This document shows positions 1 to 12,369 of a stretch of DNA of 64,000 bases, in pieces; the first letter of the stretch is position 1; every line of letters starts with the position of its first letter. This DNA comes from Methanomassiliicoccaceae archaeon (GTDB taxonomy: Archaea; Thermoplasmatota; Thermoplasmata; Methanomassiliicoccales; Methanomassiliicoccaceae). A program made the translations under genes and the position numbers. The notes below the pieces were generated by a model, which worked only from the letters and a program-made list of their open reading frames with translations, was not told the DNA's origin and did no database searches. The stretch is from contig CAVUGW010000027.1 of the NCBI GenBank assembly GCA_963741025.1, positions 3,589 to 67,588 on the forward strand, written 5' to 3'.

Positions 1-3000
1 ACCCATCAGGTCTTAGTATCTCGGCCAGTTCGTTCCTGATCACCTCTCCTTTGAGCGACCGAAAGAAAGGATACTCGTCCGTTTTGTAAGAACGACCGTC
101 CAAATGACTGTCTCGCGAGCCTGGTATAATCGACGAACCCCTTGATGTCCGTTGGTCTGAACCCTAGACCGTACATCTTCTCGATCTCATCGTTCGCGAA
201 GAGTATCTCCCCGGACCGAGCATCGGCCACCAGTATACCGACGGGCATCTGATCGATGATCGCTTCGAGTCGTGCTTTGATGCTCTCCAGTTCCATCTCC
301 GTCCTTTTGCGGTCGGTGATGTCCCTGACGACCGATACCGAACCGATGATGCTGCCATTGGCGTCCCTAACCGGAGAGGCACTTACCTGGCGATACCGCA
401 GCTCGCCCTTGAATCGGCGTCCTGACCAGTTCTTCCTGGTCCTTCACCATCTTCCTCTGAGCGCTCGTAACGGAGGAGCTTCTTCCACCGGACGAGGGCT
501 GCCATCAGGTCGGAACACTTCCAGCCTTGAGGCAATGCTCTCCACATTGACCTCGCTGGTCGGATCCAGATCGAACTCCCGAATGGCCGAAGGATTTGCC
601 AAAGTGAATGTTTGCAGCCCATCGGCGAACCAGACCTCTTCCAGACTTGACGCCGCGTCGATCAGAGATGTCAGTCTGTCCCTCTCTTCCTGCAGGGCGG
701 TTTCCGCCCTAGCTCTTTCCATTATCTGTTCGCGCAGTTCCCCGGGATGTTTCTTTCCTCCACCTTCAGCCGTTCTTCGAGCCTTATGGATCCTTGCCTC
801 ACACGGGCAAGTTCGAGGGATGAGCGCACACGGGCGACCAGCTCGCGCGCGCTGAACGGTTTGATCAGGTAATCGTCCGCACCTGCATCGATGCCCTCGA
901 CCCGAGCTTCCTCTCCGGCACGGGCCGATAGTAATATGACCGGAACAGAACGGGCCGAGATTCACCCCGAACTATAAAATATAGAGCGAATCCGTCCAAG
1001 TCGGGGCATCATCACATCGGTGAGCAGCAGGTCCGGCCTCCGTTCGAGCATTGCGGTCCATGCCGCCTCGCCATCGGGCACGGCCCTCACATCAAAGAGA
1101 CCGCTCAACAATCTCATGATGTACTCTCGCATGTCGGCGTTATCGTCGGCCAGTAGGATGCTTCCCCCTGGATGGTCCCTTGGTCCCATATCCGGAGAAG
1201 TGGACGACAACAGCCCATGTCCCTGCTCCCGCCTCCGGTAGCCAATCCCGAGCGCCTCCTCCATGTAAATAGCGGAGGCCTTGGTTGCCATTGGACGATC
1301 ACCGGCCACGACGATGTGCCCTTTGGGCAGATGGTCCGAACCGGTCGGGATCGATACGATGAACGTGGTTCCCTCACCGAGGACGCTGGACACTTTGACA
1401 TCACCACCATGCAGCTTGGCCAGTTCCTGCACTAGGGCCAGACCGATGCCGGTACCCTCGTGGGTACGGGCATGTGCTCCTCGTATGCGGTGGAACCGCT
1501 CAAAAACGTGAAGGATCTTCCTCGGCTGCGATGCCCGTACCGGTGTCCTTCACGGTGAGTTCGACCCGCCCCCCGTACAGCGCAAGGTTACGGTTATTTC
1601 GCCCTCGAAGGTGAACTTGAAGGCGTTGGATAGAAGGTTAAGAACGATCTTCTCCCACATCTCCCTGTCGATGTACACGGGTTCTTGAAGTGGCGGGCAA
1701 TCGATCACCAACCTCAGACCGGCCCGTTCGATGGCCGACCGGAACATGCTCGCAAGATCGGTCGTGAGGACGGAAAGGTCCGTGGGTTCATAGGACGCTT
1801 GTACGCGTCCGGCCTCGATCTAGAGAAATCGAGCAGAGTATTGACCAACTTCAGGAGACGAAGACTGTTGCGCTGGACGATCTCGAGGCGCTCACGCTCC
1901 TCCGGATGTTCACGAAGCTCGTCCTCCAGCGGTCCGATCATGAGCGTCAGGGGCGTCCTGAACTCATGGCTCACATTACTGAAGAAGGCGGTCTTTGCAC
2001 GGTCCAGCTCGGCCAAGGTCTCGGCGCGTTCTCGCTCTTCCTCATATGCTCTGGCATTGGACACAGCGGACCCGACCTGGCCCGTCACCAGGTCGAAGAA
2101 CCCGCGATAGGCGTCATCAAAGGCCCTTCGTGGACTGATCCCTAGCACGAGTGCTCCCGTTGGCCTCTTTCGTCCGGGGTTGATGATGGGGAGGACCATC
2201 GCCTGATGGGCAGGCTCATCCCAGGGTTCTCTGGGCAGATATCGAACCGTTCGGCCAGGTCCTCGAGCAATTCCGGAACTCCCCCGGTCGCCACCCTGGA
2301 CAGCGGCCAACCACCCTTGTCCGGTTCGTTCATTTCCACCTCGATAGGAGCTTCCGAGGTGCCGGGTTCAAGGCCGGTGCTGCCTATGAGACGAAGATGT
2401 TCTCCCTCGTCGTCCATCAGATAGACCAAGGCGAAGGGAACATCTCGCGGATCATGCCCTAGGACCTCAGCACACGACAGGGCGGCCTCCTTTGCCGTGC
2501 GGGCCTCCACCGCCAGCTCGTGTAGTATCTTAAGACGGCGATCGCTCAGGACCCGTGCCGTGCTCTCGGTGCAGGCGTTGAATATGCCGCCCACTTTGCC
2601 CCGCTCGTCGCGGATCGGACTGTACGAGAATGTGAAATATGTCTCTTCCAGATAACCTGAACGGAACATCAGGAGGAAAAGGTCCTCCGACCATGTGGCC
2701 TCACCGGTCTCCATGACCTGGTCCATCATCGGTCCGATTATGTCCCATATCTCTGCCCAGCACTCCTTCCCTGAACCACCAAAGAACTGCGGATGCTTGG
2801 TCTCCCCCAGCATAGGCCTATAGGCGTCGTTGTAGAACATCGTGCGATCCGGTCCCCACCAGAGAACGATGGGGTGCCGGGACCCAAGGCAGATGCTCAC
2901 CGCCGTACGCAAGCTCTGCGGCCACGAATCCACCGGACCGAACTCCGTCCTTGACCAATCCACCAAGCGGATCAACCTGCTCATCTCGTTATCGCCTGGA

Positions 3001-3254
3001 AACAGCTTCTCCAGTTCTTCGGCATCGAGGCGGTCGGAGAGAGGCATGTCATGAGAACGACCAAAATGATATAAAAGTTCTACGCTCGCCGCCTGACATA
3101 TTGGTCGGTGCGCTAGGAGCTTGATCCATGGAAGAATATCGAGACCACTTTCGTTCCCATCCCCGTAAATCACCTGAACACCGTTCCTCATTTGTTCAAT
3201 GAAAAGTACTATATGTACAGGATCAAGACGCTTACCTGTCCGAGCTGTGCTCAT
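1..3254 (-). pseudogene. Hybrid sensor histidine kinase (PAS/GAF, HisKA, HATPase_c, REC, coiled coil, PAS); frame broken about 8 times; runs off the left edge
   Basis: Collinear minus-strand ORF pieces lie in different frames. 2142-3254 is the PAS/GAF sensor (WPQSL..YNDAYRPMLGETKHP). 1714-2310 carries the H-box FFSNVSHEFRTPL. 1550-1747 and 962-1432 carry HATPase_c, then a receiver (LLLTDVMMP). 444-965 and 6-296 are coiled coil plus PAS. The likely true start is the Met at 3047. Confidence 0.8.
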
Positions 3255-3888
3255 GATCAGAATGTGAAGTGGAAAAACGGTCTGATGTTCGTCGAGCAGC
3301 CTTGCAAGGGATGTAGTGAGATGGTTCGGTTCAAGGTCCCTAACTCAAGGGATGATCCTATCGACACCATCATGAGACACATTTCCAGATTTATTTCGGC
3401 CATTTCCGTCATCCCAAGGTCGTTTCGAGGCATGATGATGGTTAGAATCAAGGTCCATCGAGGCATATCCGTGGGGAATGAGCAAAAGGACCGTGATGAA
3501 CATCAACATCAAGGACACCCCCATCTATTCCATGTCCTTAGGTCCCAGCTCTTCTGGCATCGTCATGGGGGTAAGGCTGAAGGACCGAGATGTTCACCTG
3601 ACCTATTGCCTGAACATGAAGGGGGAATTGGACTGCCACATCAAGGACAATGGCGAAACGGTTTGGAGGGAGACCGTCACTGTTGATGAGATGGAGAAAA
3701 TGTTCAAAAAAGCCTTCGAGCGTGGCACCTTTAAATGGAGACCGTCGCAGAAGCTCATGGTCTTGGACGCTAAGGTCTTCGAGGTGCCAGAGACCATCGT
3801 GGGAAAGACCACCATCGTGGACATTCTTAGCTATCTTCAGAACATGGCTTCATTGCCATGGACGAACAAAAGGCATGGAAACGGGTAG
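3192..3888 (+). CDS. Hypothetical protein with N-terminal zinc ribbon (CPSC..CKGC); two overlapping frames (3192-3686, 3478-3888)
   Basis: ORF track only. The Cys pairs CPSCAH..CKGCSE are visible, and the two ORFs would join with one frame change near 3470. No recognisable family. Confidence 0.35.
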
Positions 3889-4169
3889 ATGAGGTGGTCG
3901 ATGATAAGCCGGTCATCGGGTTGCGCCGACATTTCTTTACATGGTGGGTGTACATCGTAGGTTAGGATGGTCTGTGGTTGGCAGGTGTCCCGATAGAGAC
4001 CATCGCCCAGATACTCGGGCACGAGGACATCAGGACCACCATCGAGTACCTCGGTCTGAACATTGACGACCAGGACGATGCTATGAGAAAACTAGCACAA
4101 TTTCAGTCCTCTGTAAAATACAGGGTAGGGCAAAACACTGGATGTGAAAGTGGACAGAGCGGGATTTGA
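3831..4169 (+). pseudogene. Tyrosine recombinase (phage-integrase family), C-terminal remnant only
   Basis: The frame reads ..GLRRHFFTWWVYIVG*DGLWLAGVPIETIAQILGHEDIRTTIEYLG.., showing the R-H..LGH..Y catalytic pattern. There is an in-frame TAG at 3963-3965 and no N-terminal half. The 3' end overlaps the 3' end of tRNA-Ala. Confidence 0.6.
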
Positions 4170-4223
4170 ACCCGCGGCCTCGACATTGCGAATGTCGCGA
4201 TCTTCCAGCTGATCTATCTGCCC
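4151..4223 (-). tRNA. tRNA-Ala (anticodon CGC)
   Basis: Hand-folded cloverleaf: acceptor GGGCAGA/TCTGTCC with the G3:U70 Ala identity pair, D stem GATC/GATC, anticodon loop TTCGCAA, T loop TTCAAAT. No encoded CCA. Confidence 0.85.
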
Positions 4224-4576
4224 TGATGACCATGGGTATTGAGAGGATACATATAATCCTTTTTCCAGAGCAGCACCGCCACTGAATCGGGCGATCCCCA
4301 GAAAAGATTATTTACCCACTCCGGTGAGATGGAGGCATTTCGAACGAGATTCCTTGCTTTGACCTGTCGACTTGTATTCCGGGCGCTGAGATCATAGGGA
4401 ACCGTTTTCCACGAGCACATGTTCCGATCATACCGGCCTTTCCCCATTTAGCATCCTTCACCCTAACCCCCTTTCTCCTACTGACTTTGATATATGGATC
4501 CTTGCTTGAAAAATTAAAAGAAACTTTATTTTATTAGAAAGTTTTTTAATTACATCCCTACTAATAATTCCTGATA

Positions 4577-4846
4577 ATGATGACCGACGACAAGAAAGAA
4601 GACAAGAACATGAGAACACAAGTAGTGGAGACCATTGCCGCTTTGATCACTGCAGCTTTCGGACTGATAGCGGCATTGGCATGGAACACAGCGATCTCTG
4701 ATGCGGTGAAACAATACCTCAGTGCAGGAAATGCGATAACAGCAGAGTTCATCTATGCCATCCTCGTAACGATCCTAGCGGTGATAATGACCATGTGGAT
4801 AGGAAGGGTGGTGTCAAAATATCATAGGGCGGGTAAGAGTGCCTAA
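4577..4846 (+). CDS. Small membrane protein (two predicted TM helices)
   Basis: 89-aa ORF with two hydrophobic stretches (VVETIAALITAAFGLIAALAW; FIYAILVTILAVIMTMWIG), an AT-rich upstream region and a T-run after the stop. Confidence 0.55.
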   Translation: MMTDDKKEDKNMRTQVVETIAALITAAFGLIAALAWNTAISDAVKQYLSAGNAITAEFIYAILVTILAVIMTMWIGRVVSKYHRAGKSA

Positions 4847-5241
4847 AAAGGCCGAAGTTTTTTATTATTTCCGACCTATCTTCTAGATCATGCTATGGAC
4901 CAATATTCTGTACGATAGTTCATCTAGTACGAAATGGTGCCAAGCTGAATAAGACCATCCACTTGTGATCACCTTTAAGAGGATCCGAAATGAGATCACT
5001 TGGATCGCGATAGCTGCGATGACAAGACCCCTATTTTGTCATAGTTGACAAGACTTGATCGACAGTGTGTCTAGAATATATGAAGGAACTGCTCAAGGCC
5101 GCCGAATGGGACATTTAGGCGGTGAATCCCCCGGTCATACTATTGGACCCTAGGTCGACCTGGGAATATCAATGATCCGGGTGCCTGACCGGTACATTGC
5201 AAGAGCAGATCTTACCATACTATGGAAAAGGGTTTCCACGC

Positions 5242-5583
5242 TCACGCGAACGAAACGGCGAACAATAGGACGAGGAAGACCAACTGCAGGACCAAAACCC
5301 CTATCGCCATCTTGTGGATCGTATCCACCCTCTTTTCCAATCTTGCGATCCTCGAGCTGGCTCCTGAACCGAAGCGATCTTCCTCCTGCCTTCGGGAACC
5401 TCTTCCTCTGCCCATGAAACGGTCCGAACCTGGAGATGGGGGGTTGAAGGTCTGGTCCTTCCCACATACTGGACAATACTTTGTTCCGTCCGGCATATCT
5501 GCGCCACAGTTCCAACATTTTGCCATATCCCGATCATTCTCCGATGAATTTGAAGAAACTACTTTTGAAGAAAGGGTGTCCAA
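5242..5583 (-). CDS. Zinc-ribbon protein with C-terminal membrane anchor
   Basis: CWNCGADMPDGTKYCPVCG motif followed by a hydrophobic tail AIGVLVLQLVFLVLLFAV. Confidence 0.55.
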   Translation of the reverse strand: MDTLSSKVVSSNSSENDRDMAKCWNCGADMPDGTKYCPVCGKDQTFNPPSPGSDRFMGRGRGSRRQEEDRFGSGASSRIARLEKRVDTIHKMAIGVLVLQLVFLVLLFAVSFA

Positions 5584-5733
5584 TTATAAAGAGTGTCGCC
5601 GGGATGCCCATTCTCAAAGAGGAGGATAGACCGATCATCTTCTTTTTCTGTACGCTCACCATCCCCTCATGGGAAGCTCCCCGGCATCTACAAGAGGTCA
5701 GGTCCTCCAAAAGGAGGGACGAGCCTTGTTCGG

Positions 5734-6159
5734 TCAGTAATGGATGGGCAGTGTGAGAATGGAGTAGCCTGATGATAGGGTCCACCCCAAACCACCTATT
5801 ACGGCCAGGATGATGACGGTTATTATGATCGCGAACACAACCGCAAGTATCGCTATCGCCAACGCTCTCAGCCAACCTACCTGGAACAGCACCTTGTACA
5901 ATCCGAGGAATGCTAGAAAGCTAACTATCAATGCAACTAGCACGGCCGTACTCGAGCTCGTAAAAGTGGTAGTGACAACGAACGTCAACCCATATACAAT
6001 GGCAAAGACGATACCCCCGAGGAACATACCAAGCATGGCCGCCCCTAGCGTCGCACGTCCATGGGTCATGACCTTTGCCGCGAGCCACAACGGTATCGAT
6101 ACGATTACCCAGCCGATCAAAAGAATAATCACCGTGATGATCAATTGCCCGATGCTCAT
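5734..6159 (-). CDS. Polytopic membrane protein, unknown function
   Basis: 141-aa ORF, hydrophobic almost throughout (4 putative TM segments). Confidence 0.5.
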   Translation of the reverse strand: MSIGQLIITVIILLIGWVIVSIPLWLAAKVMTHGRATLGAAMLGMFLGGIVFAIVYGLTFVVTTTFTSSSTAVLVALIVSFLAFLGLYKVLFQVGWLRALAIAILAVVFAIIITVIILAVIGGLGWTLSSGYSILTLPIHY

Positions 6160-6452
6160 GTTATTCCTTCCGATCCGTTCCCATTCTGGGATATAGATTT
6201 GAGGTCCACATATAAAAGAACGGGTGTTACCCTACACGATTATGACAAATACGGGCAGTTCATAAAATTAAGGTCCCTACTAGGAGCCTCACCGAACCTA
6301 CCGTCCTTTTTCTGCCTCCCCCAAGGAAAGGTCCTGTTGGGGTTCGATATTATAGGGGCGTATATCGTGCTCATAATGATCTTACTGATCGGAAAGAAAA
6401 AGGAACGGATGTCGGTACTATCACATCTCTAGGAGGTCCGATCTTGTACCTT

Positions 6453-9145
6453 TCATACGAACATTTGGTCGATCCCGCTCTTACCCTCGAGCACATCGGC
6501 CACACAAATCGCCATTTCCTCGATCTTGAACGGTTTGGGAACAACCCCCTTGAACCCATGCTCTGTATATCTTGCAATTACAGGATCGTTAGAGTAACCT
6601 GATGAGACGATCGCCCTGGCCTCGGGGTCCATCTCAAGGAGCTTTGCGATCGCCTCTTGACCTCCCATGCCTCCTGGGATCGTCAGGTCCATTATCACGA
6701 CATCGAACTTCTTATCCATATCCATGGACCTCCTATATTTTTCGAGGGCCTCTTGCCCATCATGAGCTGTGTCGACGGAATACCCAAGACCCTGAAGTAT
6801 CTCCTTGTCCACTTCCAATATGCAATCTTCATCGTCCATCACCAGGATCTTCGCTCCTTTCTTCGACCTCGGACGATCGTCAGATTTGGCCTCTACGACA
6901 TGATCCGAGGCGGGCAGATAGAACCTGATGACCGTTCCCTCCCCTATCGCCGACTCTGCTTCCATAATACCTCCATGTCTCCTGACGGTCGCGTAGGCCG
7001 TGGCCAGTTCAAGGCCGAGCGCGCCAGGACGGACCGTTAGGTAAAGATCGAACACTTTTGACAAGACCTCTGGAGGGAAACCGGTTCCATGGTCCCTGAT
7101 CGAGATCATCACGTATCTTCCATCCTTAAGTTCTTTGAGATCCCCTTTCCTGACCTCGATGTTCTTTAGAACGATCTCGATCCTGGGGTCGACGCTCATC
7201 GGGCTCAAGGAGCTTTCGATCAGGCTACGGACCACGCTTTTGACCTGGCCATTGTCTGCGAAGACGTTCCAAAGATCGTGCGGATGATCGTAATCGAATG
7301 TTACGGGCACCCCTTTATTGACCTGATCTGCCACTCCCTTGATCAAGTCAAGTATATCGGTCGCACTTAATATCGGGTCCCCACCCTTTGAAAAGGCCAG
7401 CATACCCTGGGATATCGCTGTTGCCCTGGACGTTGCTCGTTCGATCTCGTCAAGATTACGCGCGACATCAGCATCGTTATCGACCTTCTTCCTCAAAAGG
7501 GACAGGTTCCCATCGATCACCGTAAAGAGATTATTAAAATCGTGAGCAACACCTCCGGCCAGTTGGCCTACGGCGTCCAAACGTTGTTGTTCATCTCGTT
7601 CTGCTCTGCCTCGATACGTTCGGTAAGGTCCCTAATGACGACAAGGATCGCGTTCTTTCCCCCCCAGGTCACTATCCGAGCGTTTATCTCTGAGGGAGTG
7701 AGCTCCCCTGTTTTCGTAAGATTGATCGTCCTGATGGTCGCGGTCCCGTTCTTAAGGATCATCTCCATGTTCTTCGGGACATTGACCGCCTGATCACTTG
7801 CATCTAGGTCCTGGGGATATTTCGTAAGCAGCTCCTCTCTAGAAAATCCGAACCTTTTCACGGCCGCATCGTTGACCTCGATGTATGGCCCGCCTGGATA
7901 ATGTATCAGGATCGCATCCCCCACATTGTTGAAGAGCTTTCGGAACTTTTCTTCGCTCTCCTTAAGGTCCCCTTCTGCCTTCTCGAGGGATGCGAGCATC
8001 GCATTAACATCGTCCGCAAGGGAACGAACCTCGTCCTTACCTTTGACGCTTAATCTTGAGGAAGTATCACCACTGCTCCCGATATCCTTGACCTCCCGTC
8101 CAAGACGGTCCATCCGGGAGAAGATCATCTTCTGCTGAAGCACCAGCGATACACCTGCTATGATCATCCCGGCGATCATGAAAAGGAAGAGGAGGACCGT
8201 CATATCCCTTTCCCCCTGCTGGTACTCGCCCCTTCCTAATCGTGTCTGGAGGATGATCACAGGCTGCCCATGGATATCATTGATCACCCCATAACCTGCG
8301 ATGGTCGTATCGTTCATCGGTACCGCTAGAAAGGCCGCACCGTTCTCAAGTCCGATCTTGGCCTCGATGAAGGCGCCTTCGGTCGGGTCAGAATATCGTG
8401 AGATGGAAAGAGGCAGATCTGTAAGATTGGATATCAGCGCTATCTCCGAGCCGTCGAGATATCTTCCCGCTATGATGTAACCATCGCTGGGACCGGACAG
8501 GTCGTTCCTAAGGATCGGCCGTGAGGATATCATGCACACCCCTCCTGGAAGGTCCATCAATCCGCTAACAGAATTTTGAGCGTTGGGCTGGGTCGGGGTG
8601 GACAATATCATCGCGTCCGCCGTTAAGGAATCGATCGTCCCATTATCTAGGACGGCACCGCTCCCGTTATCGAGGTCCACGGCGGTCCCTGTTTCAAGTA
8701 CCATCGATGAATTGAAAGCCAAAATAAAATTGACGCCCAACCCAACGACCGTCTGGATATTAAAGTTCCCATCGACATAACTAATGTTATGGTTCGTCAT
8801 GAAATCATAACTATCGTTCCAGTAGGCGTATGAACCGGTTACGGTGTTCAGCAGGTCCATTTGATAATCGAAAGAATTATCTAGCTGGGTCATTGCGCCC
8901 GCCACCTCCCTGTCCTCCGTGCTTTTCACCTCGTCATCGATGGAAGCCGAAACCATCACCTGGGCCACCATTACAAGCAATAATGTGGTGACCAGAATGA
9001 TGACCGCAGATTTTGTATAGATTCTCATATGGACGAAGGCCCCGGGATGGGGCCGATATGTATTTTTCATTAATATAAAAAAAGCAGGCCTGAATCTCAG
9101 ATCTGGTACCCTTCCATCTTCACTGGACCGATGAACGGCGATCAT
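6453..9145 (-). CDS. Hybrid sensor histidine kinase (TM, extracytoplasmic sensor, TM, HAMP, PAS, HisKA, HATPase_c, REC); one frame break near 7580-7600
   Basis: ORF 7568-9145 ends ..ERIEAEQNEMNNN. A shifted frame reads EQQRLDAVGQLAGGVAHDFNNL and continues into ORF 6453-7580, which carries the H-box, HATPase_c and a receiver (VVIMDLTIPGGMGG). Confidence 0.85.
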
Positions 9146-9440
9146 ACTAAACTATCGATGATGTCCGATCCTGGATCCGATCACTATCGTGGGATGATCG
9201 AGCTCATGGTCCCCCCGACCTTTGCGACGAACTTGTACCAGTTAAGAAAGGTGATCGATCGCGAACAGGACCGGGAACATACGTCCTTCGATCCCCTTCA
9301 TATCTTGGTGAAGGCGAGCAGGGAACCTCCACAAATATTTTTAGAGCGCCCACGATGTTGGTACGATAGCATGAGATTGACGTACTCGCTGCACACGGTG
9401 ACCGTTCCGTTCAAGATCCATCTTCCCAACGGAACAGTCC

Positions 9441-10229
9441 TTGGATAGGTCGGTGAACATGCTCATGGTCGAGGGGAGTGAGATCGTCCTGATCGACACT
9501 GGTATCGCAGGTTCCGAGAAGATCATATGGGACTACATAAGGTCGTTCGGGAGGGACCCGAAAGAGATCTCGATGGTCGTACTCACTCATTCTCATCCAG
9601 ATCATATCGGGTCGGCCGCACGGATAAAGGAGATGACAGGTTGCGTCGTTCTGGCCCATGGATCAGATAAGGATTGGATCGAGGACGTCGAGCGGCAGAA
9701 AAGAGAGAGACCCATCCCTGGTTTCGATGAACTTGTCGCGGGTCCGGTCCATGTAGATCATGTGCTTCACGATGGGGATGGGATCGACCTTGGTGGGCTT
9801 AAAGGAATGATCGTTCACTCCCCGGGTCATTCTCCCGGGTCGATCTCGATCAATATGCCCATGGAGAACGTGCTCATCACTGGGGATGCCGTCCCTATCC
9901 CGGGGGACATACCGATATATGATGACGCTCTAGCCCAGATGAGGACCCTGGATCGACTAATGAAGATCGATGATGTTGACCTCATGGTCTCAGCGTGGGA
10001 CGTTCCTAAAAAAGGTAGGGAGGTCCGCGATGCCATGAGGGCAGGGAAGGATGTGGTGAAGAGGATGCACAGGTCCGTCCTTGATCATTCTGGCGGATCT
10101 GTGGACCCCGAACTGATCAAGATGGTCCTAAAGGACATGGGTCTTCCGACGAACGTACCTAATGCTCTCATCGCGAGGACGATCGGTTCTCATATGAGAT
10201 ACCGGGACGAGACCGAACTGATGTCATGA
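9441..10229 (+). CDS. MBL-fold metallo-hydrolase
   Basis: Canonical HxHxDH motif (VLTHSHPDHIGSA) plus downstream His/Asp ligands (HSPGHSPGS). Confidence 0.85.
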   Translation: MDRSVNMLMVEGSEIVLIDTGIAGSEKIIWDYIRSFGRDPKEISMVVLTHSHPDHIGSAARIKEMTGCVVLAHGSDKDWIEDVERQKRERPIPGFDELVAGPVHVDHVLHDGDGIDLGGLKGMIVHSPGHSPGSISINMPMENVLITGDAVPIPGDIPIYDDALAQMRTLDRLMKIDDVDLMVSAWDVPKKGREVRDAMRAGKDVVKRMHRSVLDHSGGSVDPELIKMVLKDMGLPTNVPNALIARTIGSHMRYRDETELMS

Positions 10230-10888
10230 AATGATACATGTCGAAACCAATGATATGACTAAGATATCCATCGCTTTCGAACCCCATAATGCTCCTAAGG
10301 AACGAATCGGTCTCGACCGATGGGCTTCCAGAGATAACGTTCGCAATGCCCTTGATCCCATCTAGGAAAGGGAAATCGATGTCGGACATCACGAAATGTG
10401 GTTCTCCAACGATCTCGACAGTTCTCATAAAGAACGAAATCATGGCTCAAAAAGGATACGCTTTTGTCCCCCTGCATGGCCCTCGCCTTCTCAGGGTTCA
10501 CCCATTCGCCCACCAGTTGACCTTTTTGGTCCTTTAGCTGGATAAGGTTCTCTGCCCGATCGAGAAGACGGGAACCTGCCTCGAAGATGAGCACCATCGA
10601 TATTTGTCGTTCTAGAGCATTGAAAATGCCGAGGTTGGCCACCCTCAACAGCCCGTTCTTGATGCTGCTCTCCTCCGCCTCTCGTTCGAGCACGATGACC
10701 TTATCTTTGGTCTCTCTTTCCAATCTTCTATATGCCTTGAGACCGTCGATATGGGACAGTTTCTCTTCGACCGAGCTAAGGATCTCGTCCTGGGACATGA
10801 ATAGATCGATCCATCCAAATCCATATAAATGGTTGTACATTTTGGGATCATGGACCAAAGGAGATCGGGATCGCCCTGACACGGTCAT
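10168..10888 (-). CDS. Hypothetical protein; one frame break near 10440
   Basis: ORFs 10295-10888 and 10168-10443 overlap end to start in different frames and read as one ~240-aa protein. No family recognised. Confidence 0.35.
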
Positions 10889-10937
10889 CGAAGGAGACCG
10901 GATCTACCTGATCATCTTGGGCGAAAATACGACGGAT

Positions 10938-12318
10938 CTAATAAGGGTCCCATTTCGACGCTTTTTGCTTGTTCAGCAGCCGTTCCCCTTTTGCGACCGC
11001 CCTGTCGACCATCTCAGGTGCCTTTCCCACATAGTTCCTCGGATCCATGAGATCGTCCAGTTCATTGATCGATATCAGTGACATGATCTCCTTCGATTCC
11101 AGGAGCTTGACCTTGAGACCTTTTCCCTCCTCGGTGGCCAACATGCTGATGTTCCGTACGATCTCATGAGCCTCCTGCCTTCCTATTCCCTTCGCGGACA
11201 GTGCCAATAGCACTGCCTCCGCCATGATGAACCCGTCGGCCTTCTCGAGGTTCTTGTTCATGTTCTCCTTGTTCACCTCAAGATGGGAAAAAACGTCATC
11301 TATCTTGTTCAGGATATCGTCCGTCAGGACGAAAAACGTGAGGAAATATGAACCTCTCAGCGGACGAGTTCGTTAGGTCCCGTTCATGCCAGAGCACCAT
11401 GTTCTCCATCTCAGGGGCGATATAACATCTAACGACCCTCGCAAGCCCACAGACGTTCTCGGATATGACGGGGTTCTTCTTTTGTGCCATCGTTGAACTG
11501 CCGACCTGTTTCTTGATGTCGAACGCTTCGGCGACCTCTGCGATCTCCGATCTTTGTAGGTTCCTTACTTCCGTTGCGAACCTCTCACATGAAGTGGCCA
11601 TCAGGCCCAGAAGGCCGACCAGTTCCGCATATCTGTCCCTTGAGACCACCTGGGTCGCGATCTCCTCGGTCCCAAGACCAAGGTCTTCCATGACCCTTTT
11701 CTGGATCTCGAAGAACTCGCTCCCGAAACCCGCTCCCGTCCCGATCGCTCCGGACATCTTTCCAACGCACGCACGTTTTTTGATCTCCTCGAGCCTCTCC
11801 CGATGTCTGATCATCTCCATAAGGTAACCAGATATCTTGAAACCAAAAGTGGTCGGGATAGCGAACTGCCCATGGGTCCTTCCGACCATCAAGGTATCGC
11901 GATGTTCATTTGCAAGCTTCGAGAACGTCCCGATGAGCATTTCGACATCCGAATTGATGATCTCGATGGCCTCTTTGAACTCCAATGCGGCCGCGGTGTC
12001 GATTATATCGTTGGACGTAGCACCAAGATGGACGTATTTGCCAGCATCCCCGCATTGTTCCGACAGGGCACGCACCACGGCCATAACATCATGTTTGGTC
12101 TCGGATTCGATCTCTTTGACCCTGTCAAGCTTAACGAACTTGGTGGTGGCCTTCTCAGAGATCACCTTTGCCGCATCATCACTGATGTTCCCTACTTTGG
12201 CCTGAGCCCTTGCCAGAGCGGCTTCGACCAATAATTGGGTCCTCAGCCGGTTCTCCTCGCTGAAGACGACCTTCATTTCCTTTCTACCATAACGATAATC
12301 TAAGGGGCAAAGAAGCAT
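10938..12318 (-). CDS. purB: Adenylosuccinate lyase; one frame break near 11290-11340
   Basis: N-terminus MLLCPLDYRYGRKEMK, fumarate-lyase signature GSSTMAQKKNP. The C-terminal domain continues in ORF 10938-11276. Confidence 0.9.
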
Positions 12319-12369
12319 GCCATCACCTGGGACCGATCATGATCTAATAATATAACTTTTGCGAGCAGG

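Noticed and set aside
256-855. 199-aa plus-strand ORF and other antisense ORFs within the left-edge kinase (1020-1241, 1172-1435, 1685-2110)
   Set aside because: They are all antisense to collinear histidine-kinase fragments with clear motifs. They are Ser/Arg-rich shadow frames.
3963-3965. In-frame TAG in the integrase remnant as a possible pyrrolysine codon
   Set aside because: The gene lacks its entire N-terminal half and is clearly a remnant. No Pyl-related genes or methylamine methyltransferases are in the window. A plain nonsense mutation is the simpler reading.
4230-4560. Possible additional degenerate repeat-family fragments at 4230-4560 and 60900-61320
   Set aside because: Only single short matches were found (GTTCCGATC.TAC, ACATTCCAT.TGCTC). 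In a GATC-rich genome these 9-13-mers are not significant without the other collinear blocks.
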